In this document: positions 13,809 to 23,924 of the stretch, in pieces
Layout: the number at the start of each line of letters is the position of its first letter
Position numbering within the stretch: position 1 is the stretch's first letter
From: a virus
Reading direction: 5' to 3' (one strand)
Length of the DNA stretch: 43,339 nucleotides
Virus record (IMG/VR): IMGVR_UViG_3300031949_000080
Span: 1 to 43,339 of that record
Notes under the pieces: generated by a model
The model's input: the letters and a program-made list of their open reading frames with translations, nothing else
What the model was told of the DNA's origin: nothing
The model's database searches: none
Program-made: the position numbers and the translations under genes

Positions 13809-16024
13809 ATTTACTTTTCTTGGGAACTGCTGATGATGAACCGTATCTTCCGCGACTTAAACCTCTAGTCGGAGTAGGTACGTTCGTTAAAGTTATTACT
13901 CAGCGAGCTACAACTCTTGCAGAGATTATCCTATACTGCCGCAAGAATAACATTACTGCGGTAGCTACAACTCAAGCTCAACTTATAGAGAAACTAACTC
14001 ATGAAGATTACCAAGGCAAGACTCCCTCGCTTGATAATTATGCAGGTTCGTACTTCTCTCATAGCGATATATCTTGGGTATTTGTTCATCCTCTTGCTCA
14101 TACTATCACTGTACCTTTCGGTACTTTTCTTCTTCAGCGTTATATTAGTAAGCTTGTCGCTCCTGATTCCTGGTATACAAGCACGCCGTTTAGCTGGGAA
14201 GTCGCAAATGAATCCTCCATAGGAGCGTTGTATGAAAAGTTTAAAACAGCAACTCTACTGGCTGTGGATATTGAAACCAAGCAAGTACCTCTTAGTATCA
14301 CTTGTTGTGGCTTTTGCGCTCTGTTCATTTCTTCTACTGGACAGCTTAGTTCTCATAGCATCGTTATTCCATTCACTTCCCAACTTCTTATCACGTGGAC
14401 TGGAAAGTTTGCAGCCTTGGCTGGAGGTAAGATTCTGCAGAATGGGAAATATGATATCGCGTATCTCGGAAGATATGGTATAATACTGGAGAACTGGTAC
14501 TGGGATACAGCCACAGCTATGCACTGTTGGTACTCTGAACTGCCTAAAGACCTTGGAGCTATTAATGCGTTCATGGTACGAGATGCTAGGTATTGGAAAC
14601 ATACCTCTGGCTCTGCGTACAGCGAAGAGAATTATATGTATAATGCCAAGGATACTCACGCTACCCTTAATGCTATGATAGCTTGGCTATTAGCTGCTCC
14701 GGCTTGGGCAAAGAAGAATTACCTAATGGAGTTTCCTCTTAACTATCCTTGTCACTTGTCTGAGATGACAGGACTGAAACGTGATATGGAGATGACTCAG
14801 AAACAAATTATTAAAATACAGTCCCGTATGGATAAGCAATTAGAAGCTGTGCGAGTTATGACTGCGACTCCTAACTTTAATCCTAACAGCCCTCTGCAGG
14901 TTAAGAATTTGCTACGAGTGCTGGGTTGTGGTGATATAACCAGCACTAAAGAGCAAGAATTAAACAAGGCTAGCTTTCGCCACCCACTTAATGAAAGGAT
15001 ACTAGGTGATATACTTGAGATACGAGGTGATCGCAAACTCCTTAGTACGTATTTCGGAGAGAAAGTATCGGGAACTGAAGCGAAAGAGTTTAACGGTAGA
15101 ATCTTATACGACCTCAATCCTCATGGTACAGACACCGGAAGACTTGCTTCTACTGAACACCATTTCTGGTGTGGCTTACAACTGCAGAATATCCCAAGAG
15201 GTGATGAAGTTAAGTGCACACTTGTTGCCGATGAAGGTTTCTACTTGGGAGAGGCGGACTATGCACAAGCGGAATCAAGAGACACAGCCTACATTACTGG
15301 AGATACTAATCTCATTAAAGCCGTTGAAGGTAACAGGGACTTCCACGCAGTTAACGCTTCCGCTTTTTTCGGAGTAGCTTACGAATTAATATACAATGAC
15401 GAACTGCGCAAGACTATTGATAAAGCATTACGAGACTTAGCCAAACGTACTAATCATGGAGCCTCCTACTGCATGGGCGATCAAGTAATGCTTGAGACTA
15501 TGGGTATTAGAAAAGTACTGGAAGCTCAAAGGTTACTAAACCTCAACCCTCTATGGACTCCACTACAAGTTACAGGTCATCTGCTCCGCGTATTTGCTGA
15601 GACTTATCCTATAGTTGCCAGAGATTACCCTGAGTGGGTAGTTGCTACAGTGCTTGCAACTCGTATGTTAGTTGGAGCTACAGGCTGGACTCGCTACTGC
15701 TTCAAGAATCCGAAACTAGATAAGCGCGCACGCAACGGTTATGTAGCGCACAATCCTCAGAGTCTTAACGCACTGACACTGAATCGCGCATACATGAATG
15801 TGTTCTACCGCGTATGGATTCCGAATACAGAGAACTTCAAACTGTACGGACAAATTCACGACTCCATTCTATTCGGTTATCGCATAGGTCATGAGTATCT
15901 CGCAGAACAAGTTAAGCGCGAAATGGAATTTGATGTACCAGTTACGGATATAAAAGGAACAACTCGTACATTACGTGTACCTGTTGACTTAAAAATTGGG
16001 CTTACAAGATGGAGCGGGGAATAA
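13805..16024 (+). CDS. Family A DNA polymerase with a 3'-5' exonuclease domain
   Basis: Exo I LAVDIETK, motif A DYAQAESR, motif B RDLAKRTNHGASYCMG and motif C QIHDSILF. Confidence 0.9.
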   Translation: MNLLFLGTADDEPYLPRLKPLVGVGTFVKVITQRATTLAEIILYCRKNNITAVATTQAQLIEKLTHEDYQGKTPSLDNYAGSYFSHSDISWVFVHPLAHTITVPFGTFLLQRYISKLVAPDSWYTSTPFSWEVANESSIGALYEKFKTATLLAVDIETKQVPLSITCCGFCALFISSTGQLSSHSIVIPFTSQLLITWTGKFAALAGGKILQNGKYDIAYLGRYGIILENWYWDTATAMHCWYSELPKDLGAINAFMVRDARYWKHTSGSAYSEENYMYNAKDTHATLNAMIAWLLAAPAWAKKNYLMEFPLNYPCHLSEMTGLKRDMEMTQKQIIKIQSRMDKQLEAVRVMTATPNFNPNSPLQVKNLLRVLGCGDITSTKEQELNKASFRHPLNERILGDILEIRGDRKLLSTYFGEKVSGTEAKEFNGRILYDLNPHGTDTGRLASTEHHFWCGLQLQNIPRGDEVKCTLVADEGFYLGEADYAQAESRDTAYITGDTNLIKAVEGNRDFHAVNASAFFGVAYELIYNDELRKTIDKALRDLAKRTNHGASYCMGDQVMLETMGIRKVLEAQRLLNLNPLWTPLQVTGHLLRVFAETYPIVARDYPEWVVATVLATRMLVGATGWTRYCFKNPKLDKRARNGYVAHNPQSLNALTLNRAYMNVFYRVWIPNTENFKLYGQIHDSILFGYRIGHEYLAEQVKREMEFDVPVTDIKGTTRTLRVPVDLKIGLTRWSGE

Positions 16025-16027
16025 CAA

Positions 16028-16207
16028 ATGATATTTGAAATTAAAACTGACGCCGGAGCTACGCTACTTATTCTCCGTACCACACCGCAGCAGGAGGCGG
16101 AACTCACAAAGTTTGTGGCCCGAGGAATTAATACTTGGGACACTGCACCTAAGTGGATTAAAGATTTGAGTGATACACTGAGCGGTAATCCAATAACTCC
16201 AGCATAG
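16028..16207 (+). CDS. Hypothetical small protein (59 aa), below the track cut-off
   Basis: The ATG is 3 nt after the polymerase stop, with GGGGA upstream. The frame is open to the TAG at 16205-16207. Confidence 0.45.
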   Translation: MIFEIKTDAGATLLILRTTPQQEAELTKFVARGINTWDTAPKWIKDLSDTLSGNPITPA

Positions 16208-16217
16208 AAAGTTTCTG

Positions 16218-17474
16218 ATGCCATCAACTGATGATTTTTTTCATCGTTATCTCTCCTATATCGGAGCTACTGAGTGTCCAGATGTATACCATCGCTGGTG
16301 TATTATGGCAGGAGTTGGTGCATTATTAGGCCGTAACTTCTCACTATCTCATGGACACTTTACAGTGCATCCTAACTTGTACACTATGCTGATTGGGGAG
16401 GCAGGAGCTAGAAAGTCTACTGCGATTAAGATAACTAAGACGCTTATTAAACGAGCAGGTTATACCTCTATTGCAGCAGATAAGACTACGAAAGAGAAGT
16501 TTCTTCTAGACCTTTCTGGTGAAGAAGAAGATACAAAGAGTTCCGACGATATACTTGATTCTAACTTATGGGGAGACGGTGATGAAGAATCTTCTACACG
16601 ACCTGTCGCAGAGTGTTTTATCATGGCTGATGAGTGGAACGAATTTACGAGTTTGGGCAATATTGAATTTTATTCTATGCTGGGTAATCTTTGGGATTAT
16701 GATGGAGTGTTCAAAAATAGAATCAAGACAGGAAAAAGTGTTAGTATTAATAATCCTACTATCTCTATCCTTGCTGGAAACACTGCTACTGGCTTTGCTC
16801 TGGCTTTCCCCTCCGAGATAATAGGTCAAGGATTCTTTAGCCGCTTACTATTGATTCATGGAGAGGTAACAGGTAGAAAGATTACATTCCCTAAAGCTCC
16901 AAGCCTTGCAGCTACAGCGGAGATGGTAGAATACTTGCAGCGAATCCGAGCTACTTGTCAAGGTACAGTACAACTTGATGTAGATGCAGAGTATCTGTTA
17001 GATAAGATATATAAAGAGTTTGTGGGATTTGACGATGTGCGATTTGCAAGTTACCTTAACCGCAGATTCACTCAGTTAATGAAGCTGTGTATTATAGTTA
17101 CAGCTACAAGGTTATCTAAGGTAGTATCTGGTGCTGATGTTGTAACAGCGAATACTATACTGACTCATGCTGAGCTGGGAATGCCTAAAGCATTAGGAGA
17201 GTTCGGTAAAGGTAAGCACTCTGATGTAGCTAATAACATAATTGACGCACTAACTACTACAACTAAAGGACTTAACTTTAAAGACTTGTGGGCATTAGTA
17301 GGCCATGACTTAACTAAGCAGTCAGAGTTAGGGGAGATAGTTTCTAACCTGAGAGCTGCAGAAAAAATTCAACAAGCTGGCGCTGTGTTCTTGGCGAAGA
17401 AGAAGATTAGAGTTGCAGTAAGCAGTGAGCTGGTAAACTGGAATTTGTTAACTAAAGAAGAGAGGGGAAATTAA
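16218..17474 (+). CDS. DUF3987-like P-loop NTPase (replicative helicase or primase-associated)
   Basis: Walker A LIGEAGARKST and an acidic FIMADEW box. The overall layout resembles DUF3987/VirE-associated ATPases found next to phage PolA genes. Confidence 0.6.
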   Translation: MPSTDDFFHRYLSYIGATECPDVYHRWCIMAGVGALLGRNFSLSHGHFTVHPNLYTMLIGEAGARKSTAIKITKTLIKRAGYTSIAADKTTKEKFLLDLSGEEEDTKSSDDILDSNLWGDGDEESSTRPVAECFIMADEWNEFTSLGNIEFYSMLGNLWDYDGVFKNRIKTGKSVSINNPTISILAGNTATGFALAFPSEIIGQGFFSRLLLIHGEVTGRKITFPKAPSLAATAEMVEYLQRIRATCQGTVQLDVDAEYLLDKIYKEFVGFDDVRFASYLNRRFTQLMKLCIIVTATRLSKVVSGADVVTANTILTHAELGMPKALGEFGKGKHSDVANNIIDALTTTTKGLNFKDLWALVGHDLTKQSELGEIVSNLRAAEKIQQAGAVFLAKKKIRVAVSSELVNWNLLTKEERGN

Positions 17475-17475
17475 C

Positions 17476-18009
17476 ATGAGTAACAGTTATGATAATGATG
17501 TAATGCTTGATCTGGAAACTACCGGTATTAGCGCAGGTTGTTGCGTACTAAGTATCGGAGCTTGTACACTAGATCGTAAGTTCTCTATATATCTAGGTAT
17601 CTCTCACGAATCTTGTCTTGATTATGCGCTAAGAGATGCTCAGTCTACTATGGACTGGTGGGATAAGCAACCTGCAGCAGCTTATGGTGAAGCTTTTAGT
17701 GGAACACTTAGTTTGCCTGAGGCGCTAACTAAGTTCAATGCGTGGCTTAGTTCTGTCAAGCCTCAACGTATCTGGGGTAATGGAGCAGCGTTCGATCTAC
17801 CAATCCTTGGTACTGCTTATGAAGCTGCTGCTATGACTCCTGCATGGCCGCGATTCAGTGATCGCTGCTATCGTACTATGAAGGATATTTATAGTGGAGT
17901 ACCTAAGCCACCATTTGTAGGAGTTAAACATAACGCATTAGCTGATGCAAGATTTCAAGCCGAGCACTTGTACACAATACTGGAGATCCATGATTATGCC
18001 AAGTCTTGA
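17476..18009 (+). CDS. DnaQ-like 3'-5' exonuclease
   Basis: Exo I MLDLETTG and Exo III HNALADARFQAEH. Confidence 0.75.
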   Translation: MSNSYDNDVMLDLETTGISAGCCVLSIGACTLDRKFSIYLGISHESCLDYALRDAQSTMDWWDKQPAAAYGEAFSGTLSLPEALTKFNAWLSSVKPQRIWGNGAAFDLPILGTAYEAAAMTPAWPRFSDRCYRTMKDIYSGVPKPPFVGVKHNALADARFQAEHLYTILEIHDYAKS

Positions 18010-18292
18010 ATACTATGATCCTGTATACGAGCAGCTGCAAGCTGAGTTATACCTACAAGACTCAGAAGGTAAACCAGTACATGAACAGTTACTAATTAAC
18101 TTACTTCAACTTCCTCGCGGTGCTTCTCCTGAAGAGAAACTAGGAGAGATTGCTGTCTACGTTGATGTGATACTGGATGGAACTTATACTCCTGAGGATG
18201 TAGAGAGATTGTGTCACACGTTACTGAAGAAACTTAAACAGAAGCGTGGAGAGTTTGTACTAGAGTTAATAGCTCCGAACGTAGTTCAGTAA
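17996..18292 (+). CDS. Hypothetical protein (98 aa), the last gene of the + arm
   Basis: An internal ATG of track ORF 17945..18292 that overlaps the exonuclease end. It is followed by a terminator. Confidence 0.55.
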   Translation: MPSLEYYDPVYEQLQAELYLQDSEGKPVHEQLLINLLQLPRGASPEEKLGEIAVYVDVILDGTYTPEDVERLCHTLLKKLKQKRGEFVLELIAPNVVQ

Positions 18293-18307
18293 TCTAGGTG
18301 TAAAAAA

Positions 18308-18340
18308 GAAACTCCCTAGTCGTAATGATTAGGGAGTTTT
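18308..18340. terminator. Bidirectional rho-independent terminator between the convergent arms
   Basis: aaaaaaGAAACTCCCTAgtcgtaatgatTAGGGAGTTTttagtttt: a 10-11 bp stem with an A-run on one side and a T-run on the other. Confidence 0.8.
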
Positions 18341-18365
18341 TAGTTTTGCGGACTACAATTACTAT

Positions 18366-18596
18366 CTACTCCTCAGGCTTATCATCGACAGGTTTTTCCT
18401 TACCCTTCTGCCACACCTTCGCAGTCAGGATCGCCATGATTACCAGACTGATCGTTTCCGGCAAGTCCATCAGAGCTTCCTTCCACAGACTGATAATGGC
18501 CCACACAACGAATACGCCAATGCACCACCACGCCATTATTAAGCGTAGGGAGGACTCGCCGCCGTTATCTTCTTGTAGGTACTTGTTGAGTTTCAT
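18366..18596 (-). CDS. Two-TM small membrane protein (76 aa) in a GC-rich moron (holin-like or exclusion-type)
   Basis: The ATG at 18596 is preceded by GAGGA. It has hydrophobic segments LIMAWWCIGVFVVWAIISLW and ISLVIMAILTAKVW and a charged C-terminus KGKEKPVDDKPEE. Confidence 0.55.
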   Translation of the reverse strand: MKLNKYLQEDNGGESSLRLIMAWWCIGVFVVWAIISLWKEALMDLPETISLVIMAILTAKVWQKGKEKPVDDKPEE

Positions 18597-18598
18597 CT

Positions 18599-18682
18599 TC
18601 AATTATCCTCAGTGTGCTGATACGCCCCGATGGCTTCCCATTCTTCGGCTTCGATTTCCTGTGCGCGGGCCGCTGGCTTCAT
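18599..18682 (-). CDS. Possible 27-aa acidic peptide (MKPAARAQEIEAEEWEAIGAYQHTEDN)
   Basis: An open frame ending 2 nt before the 76-aa gene start. No SD, so very tentative. Confidence 0.2.
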   Translation of the reverse strand: MKPAARAQEIEAEEWEAIGAYQHTEDN

Positions 18683-18717
18683 ACTAATTTAATGTATTGC
18701 CAAACCCACCTGCGCCA

Positions 18718-18777
18718 TCAATGTGCGACAGACTGCGCCAATATCGAAGCCAACCTAATACCTATTCCGATAAACAT
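18718..18777 (-). CDS. Possible 19-aa hydrophobic peptide (MFIGIGIRLASILAQSVAH)
   Basis: A good SD (ctAGGAGttaataATG) just downstream of the last structural gene. Tentative because of its size. Confidence 0.25.
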   Translation of the reverse strand: MFIGIGIRLASILAQSVAH

Positions 18778-18806
18778 TATTAACTCCTAGAGGCTATCAA
18801 TTAGAT

Positions 18807-19046
18807 TTACAGTCCTACCAAAGCTGTAGCAGTAGTAGATGTATCATTAACTCTGACAGCTTGTATAGGCAGTATAGTGCCAACCGGTACTGCTGTAAAC
18901 AACACAGCTACACCTGCAGCGTTTACTGCTACTACATTACCAGCACCTCCTACATATATACCTTTCACTGCACCATTAGTAAAATCTACTGTATCGCTAG
19001 GCGTGATTGCAAAGAATGTTTTTGACGGATCGCTTTCATGACTCAT
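18807..19046 (-). CDS. Small beta-rich virion-associated protein (79 aa, FAITPSDT...GGAGNV...TSTTA)
   Basis: A strong SD (GAGGAG). It is the last gene of the structural operon. The motif pattern is one I recall from small phage spike/base proteins. Confidence 0.6.
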   Translation of the reverse strand: MSHESDPSKTFFAITPSDTVDFTNGAVKGIYVGGAGNVVAVNAAGVAVLFTAVPVGTILPIQAVRVNDTSTTATALVGL

Positions 19047-19052
19047 AATTAT

Positions 19053-22000
19053 TTACTCCTCTTCAGATGTGTTGTTAAAATCGCTTAGACTGTAACCGCC
19101 CATAATCTTCTGCATGTATCGAGAACCTGGAGTATTAGCGTTATCAATCATACTGTTGACTTTGGACTTATTAGCATTTAATGTTTGCCTAACCCAGAAT
19201 TTGTTAAACTGTTCCTGCTTACCGCCAGCAGCTGCATACTCTGCAGCAAACTTAGTTATCTCCTCAGGGCTGGGGATATTACCTGCAGCTACTGTTACCT
19301 TAATACTCTCACCTAACAGATTCATCTTCTTTCTATTAGCTGCATCGTACACAGTAACGCGATGATACGCGTCAGTTGCGATAGCTTCATCTAGGGGTTT
19401 GGCGCCCATGATTCTAGCAGCAGTCATCAGAGAGAACAAATCATTCTGCATAGAAATGTTACCTGCGTTATCTGTACTGAACACTGCACCTCTAGGATTG
19501 TTTGTAGCTTGCATAGCTTGAGCAAATCCTGCAAGAGGTCTGGAGATACCAGAGTGTTCTACACCTTGCAGGAAACTTCCCCAGATAGCTGCTCCCTTAT
19601 CTATCTTCTGCGTAGCTTCGTAGAGAGAGCCGAAGAATTTACTTGTAGCGCCTATTAACGGAACATCAGCTAACGCTGTAGGTATCACAGTTACCTGTCT
19701 AGGATTAATATCTCCGCGAGAGTACAGGTTAACTTTAGCGTCAGGGTGTAAAAGGAAGTTAGAAGCTACACCGTATAGTAACCAATCTCCTGCCTCTTTA
19801 CCTGCCGCATCATAAGTTGCTGTGATTACATCACTATGCTCTTTATTACCTGCAGCGTTACCTACCAGATAATTGTTCATAGCATTGAATGCAGGTAAGC
19901 CGTTCATGCCATAGACTGAGCCTTGTAATCCGAGAAGTGTACCAACTCTTCCCTTATTACCCTCTCCTACATACCGGAATAGTTGTTGCAGCATGTTAAA
20001 CTGGTAGGTTTGAAACAATCCTACGGCTTGACCAATCGCGCCCTTAAATAGCAACGGGCGTTGTTGAGCTAACATAACTCCTTGAGTACGATTTACAAAC
20101 GTATTGATTACAGAGTTCTTAAGCTCAGGTAATAGTACTCCGTGCTTAATCGCTATATCTGCAACTGCATTCGCTGTATGAGCTGCTACAAATCTATTCA
20201 TCTCTTCAGCAAATCTATTACCTGTAACCTTCTCAGCCGTGTCTCCAAACTTCTTCGCAGCCTCCACTGCCTTATACATGCGAGACTCAAGTTCAGCAGC
20301 AGTCTCTGTACCTCTCAGAGTTAACTGATCTTGCATCACCTTGAACTGGTCAGTGAAAGATGGAATCCAGTTATTAGTCTTGAAGTTCTGGTACATAGCG
20401 CCAGCATCTGCATCACCAAGTACTTTCTTAAACCAATCTGAATACGCGTTAGCTGCAAGTTTGGCTGGACTCAGTAGCTCTGTAGGAGTTCCAGGTACTT
20501 TAATGTGCGCCATGTCTCGCAGTTCTTGTGCTCCGGCAGTCTTGAATATATCATCAATCATTCCTTTCATCTCAGTACCATACAGTACAGCATGACCGAA
20601 GCCATTATTAAGTGCGTTCAGAGGATCAGAGCGCAGCATTGTGAATGTCAGGAGAGAGTTAGCTTGACGAATCCAGTTACTCAGTACTGGTTTAGGTGCA
20701 GTGTGATTAGCCAGCGCAAACGTAGCTGCATCCTCATACACTGCACAGCCTATAGATTTCAACTCGCGATTAATGAGTTCCAAATCAGCAGGAGTTTTAA
20801 CTTGCTTCCAAGTATCTTGCAGCTTACTGACTGCGGAAGCTACACCAGTTTCAGCGAGCCTGTTCACTGCACTCCAGATAGGAGTAGTATCCTCTCTGCC
20901 TTGATACAGCGCGGTCTTAATGTAATCAGTATACGGATTCGACTGTTTAGCTTTAAACATCTTATCAACATAACCTACGCGCGAGTTAGCAGCTAGATCG
21001 TATTGTGCGCCTTGTCTACGCAACTCTGCAAACTCTGGACTAAATCTGTGTTCTAGCATATCGCGCAGTAATCCTGAGTCTTGATTCTTTCTCCACTGCA
21101 TAAGCTCTTCCCACAAAACTTTAGGGTCAGTTCTAGGAAAGTAAGAAGCAGATACTCCAGAACGCTTGAGCGCGGAATCGATGTAGTTCTCATTAATACC
21201 TAGATCGTAATCATAATCCTTCATAGCTCTGTGCCAGCGCTCTGATTGATCCTTGTAAATTACTTTCAGCCCACCCTCAGTAGGAACTTTAGCAGCGAGA
21301 GCTTCCAGCTCGGTAGCAGAGTTAGCGTGAATAGTACTGATATGTCCTGTACCTGTGATGGAATCATCAACTACAAACGCGAAGTGCGGGAACTGTCTAC
21401 CGTCTACTGGAGGTACATAGAATGTACGAGCGATAGTGTCAGAGGTAGAGAGTCCTTGAGAGTTGCGAAGATTAGTCTTATGAGTTAAGTGTTCGCGATG
21501 GTAAGAGTTCCAATCTTCTGCGAACTGTCTCATACCAGCAGATTCCAGAGGTATCTCTACAGGTGCGCGAGTATCTTCAAATACAGGCTTAGCAATCTTA
21601 GAGACATCTCCACCAGAAGTTGCTGCGGCCTTAATCTCTGCTTCATAATCCAGCTGTTTAATGTTAACCAACCCGCGCCCAGATACCAGCTCGTACTTCT
21701 CAGGTGTTTGCCGTAACTGTTGAGTTACTTTCCAGAACTCAGTTCCATCTGCAGAGCCTTCCATGAGTAACTTAGAGCCACTAGGAGCGAATCTATCTGC
21801 AAGTTGTGTAGCTTTCTTTTGCAGCATGTTCGCTGTAGTCTTGCCAATCTCCTGTACAAAGGAGCCAAGAGTTTTATATCCTGCGTTCTGGCTTGTAAAC
21901 AAACCTCCACCTACAGACTGGCGATCAGCTCCAGTCATAAGAACTCCTGGAATTTGCTTAGGAACTAGAGCGGCGTCCGCTTCTCCTAAATACTTATCAC

Positions 22001-23924
22001 TAACAGTGATTGCCTGCTCCCTATATATCCTCTGCTGCTCCTTAAGCGCTACCATACCAGAGATTTCATGACCTGAGATTGCTTCTACCTTACTCGTGTC
22101 CAGTACCATCTTCGCATACTGCGGCTGCAAATACGTTTTAATCATACCCTTCGTCTCATGCCAAGCTCCCAGTTCAATCTGCTTCTTAGTAAACGCAGCT
22201 GCCTCGGATTGTATAGCAAAGAAATCGGCTGCAGGATCAGCATGATTCATCTGACCTTCCAGATACGACTGTTTAACATTAGTGAATTTAGCTATATCGC
22301 CAGTAGTAAATGGAGCTGCAGCTTTACCTTCGATACCTAAACCTTGCAGAGCAGATACTTCTTGCAACCTATTAGCCTCTACACCTTTGAGGTCAGTAAG
22401 GTGATGAAATAGCCCTGATTTATCTAGAGTAGTTCCATCTCGCAGAGTTATGATTTGAGTTGTACCCTTAGTCATCTCTTGATACGCGCGCTCAAGGAAC
22501 GGGATATCTTGCGCACCAATCTTAATCGCAGGGTCAAACTCTCCTATCTGCGCTGCAATGTATCGAGACTCAATAGCATCAGTTTCTGCCGATGCTGCAA
22601 CTACATTCCAATCCTGGCCTTGTTTGTGCTTGTAGCTTCGTACCTCTTCCAGTACTCGCGCCTCATTAGGTAACTTGTCTGACATACGCAGAGTTGCAGG
22701 CGCATCGTACAGTTTACCTGCGTCAGTCCCGTGAAGCTTAAGGTACGTTACTTCCCCAGAATCTCCTAAGGCTTTCAGCTCTGGAACTTCCCAGCCTGCG
22801 CGAGAGATGCGAACTACTCCAGCCAGCTTGTTACTAGCATCTTCGCTAGAACCGCGAGATACAGTATCAAAGAATGTATTACCTAACTCCGTATCACTCT
22901 TTGCTAAATCATGTGCTGCGAGTCTGCCATTATCCAACTCATCTAATCTAGTCTCCGCCGCACCTTTCATCTTCAGCTTATACAGTGGGTCATCTTTAGC
23001 TACTGTAGGAATAGCTTCAATGTTATTCAATCTAATAGCTAACGCCTCATTCGCAGGAGTACCTTTAGTTGGCTCAGTTAACACTGTGCGCCAAGCATGA
23101 GTAGCTTCATCTACAGCCTTACCTGCAGCTCTCACTGCAAATATAGTTTGCGCTGCTGTAACAGTGCCCATAACTCCTGCACCAATCATACCACCACCAA
23201 GCAGTGCATTATACGCTATGTCGGAAGCATCATGATCTTTAAATAGTGGAGAAGTATTACCCATAGTCAGGGCTGCAGCTGTATCAAACGCTGCAAACTC
23301 CAGTGCATTCTGCAAGTATCCTGCACCGAGGCTCTTCGCCAGATTCGCATTAATCATCGAGTACGCACTGGTAGAGGATGCCATATCCGCAGCTGCAAGT
23401 TTAGCGAATTGCGACTGTTTACTAGCTAGAGTCCCGAAGTGAGCGGCTAAGCTCAATCCTGCGCGACCTTCAGCAGCTAACGCGATACCTTTTTGTGCCC
23501 AGTTAAACACTTTAATACCTGCCATACCTGGAGCAAACATTCCTACTACATCACCTACAGTATCTACAGAGGATTGATTGCGAGTGTAATATTGTGCCAA
23601 ATCGTCATCCATACCTTGCAGCCAGTCTTTAGTACTGGCGCGGTCAGTCTCGTCAGCAACTCCAACAAGTTCACCTACAGATACTACAGAGTTAAACGCA
23701 GAGGCTGTAGCTCTGGTCAGTGCTGAGACTGAAAATTTAAATCCGTGATCTACTCTATCTCCCCAAGTAGAAGGGTTGAGAATACTGGTTCCAGTATTAC
23801 CTATCTGATGATTATCAGCACCGATAAGATAGCTAGGTACAGCAGGAATATCACCAAAACCTGAGATAGTATCAGAGGTATCTTCACCAGCAGCTGCGGA
23901 GTTATAATCAGTTAACGAGCTCAT
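19053..23924 (-). CDS. Giant internal virion / DNA-ejection protein (1623 aa; T7 gp16-like position)
   Basis: Its size and its position as the last of three consecutive large genes after the lysis cassette. ATGA overlap with the upstream gene. No enzymatic motif recognised. Confidence 0.6.
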   Translation of the reverse strand: MSSLTDYNSAAAGEDTSDTISGFGDIPAVPSYLIGADNHQIGNTGTSILNPSTWGDRVDHGFKFSVSALTRATASAFNSVVSVGELVGVADETDRASTKDWLQGMDDDLAQYYTRNQSSVDTVGDVVGMFAPGMAGIKVFNWAQKGIALAAEGRAGLSLAAHFGTLASKQSQFAKLAAADMASSTSAYSMINANLAKSLGAGYLQNALEFAAFDTAAALTMGNTSPLFKDHDASDIAYNALLGGGMIGAGVMGTVTAAQTIFAVRAAGKAVDEATHAWRTVLTEPTKGTPANEALAIRLNNIEAIPTVAKDDPLYKLKMKGAAETRLDELDNGRLAAHDLAKSDTELGNTFFDTVSRGSSEDASNKLAGVVRISRAGWEVPELKALGDSGEVTYLKLHGTDAGKLYDAPATLRMSDKLPNEARVLEEVRSYKHKQGQDWNVVAASAETDAIESRYIAAQIGEFDPAIKIGAQDIPFLERAYQEMTKGTTQIITLRDGTTLDKSGLFHHLTDLKGVEANRLQEVSALQGLGIEGKAAAPFTTGDIAKFTNVKQSYLEGQMNHADPAADFFAIQSEAAAFTKKQIELGAWHETKGMIKTYLQPQYAKMVLDTSKVEAISGHEISGMVALKEQQRIYREQAITVSDKYLGEADAALVPKQIPGVLMTGADRQSVGGGLFTSQNAGYKTLGSFVQEIGKTTANMLQKKATQLADRFAPSGSKLLMEGSADGTEFWKVTQQLRQTPEKYELVSGRGLVNIKQLDYEAEIKAAATSGGDVSKIAKPVFEDTRAPVEIPLESAGMRQFAEDWNSYHREHLTHKTNLRNSQGLSTSDTIARTFYVPPVDGRQFPHFAFVVDDSITGTGHISTIHANSATELEALAAKVPTEGGLKVIYKDQSERWHRAMKDYDYDLGINENYIDSALKRSGVSASYFPRTDPKVLWEELMQWRKNQDSGLLRDMLEHRFSPEFAELRRQGAQYDLAANSRVGYVDKMFKAKQSNPYTDYIKTALYQGREDTTPIWSAVNRLAETGVASAVSKLQDTWKQVKTPADLELINRELKSIGCAVYEDAATFALANHTAPKPVLSNWIRQANSLLTFTMLRSDPLNALNNGFGHAVLYGTEMKGMIDDIFKTAGAQELRDMAHIKVPGTPTELLSPAKLAANAYSDWFKKVLGDADAGAMYQNFKTNNWIPSFTDQFKVMQDQLTLRGTETAAELESRMYKAVEAAKKFGDTAEKVTGNRFAEEMNRFVAAHTANAVADIAIKHGVLLPELKNSVINTFVNRTQGVMLAQQRPLLFKGAIGQAVGLFQTYQFNMLQQLFRYVGEGNKGRVGTLLGLQGSVYGMNGLPAFNAMNNYLVGNAAGNKEHSDVITATYDAAGKEAGDWLLYGVASNFLLHPDAKVNLYSRGDINPRQVTVIPTALADVPLIGATSKFFGSLYEATQKIDKGAAIWGSFLQGVEHSGISRPLAGFAQAMQATNNPRGAVFSTDNAGNISMQNDLFSLMTAARIMGAKPLDEAIATDAYHRVTVYDAANRKKMNLLGESIKVTVAAGNIPSPEEITKFAAEYAAAGGKQEQFNKFWVRQTLNANKSKVNSMIDNANTPGSRYMQKIMGGYSLSDFNNTSEEE

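Noticed and set aside
18325-18687. A 120-aa + strand ORF downstream of the terminator.
   Set aside because: It starts inside or after the bidirectional terminator and has no SD. It is antisense to the better-supported 76-aa two-TM gene, which has an SD.
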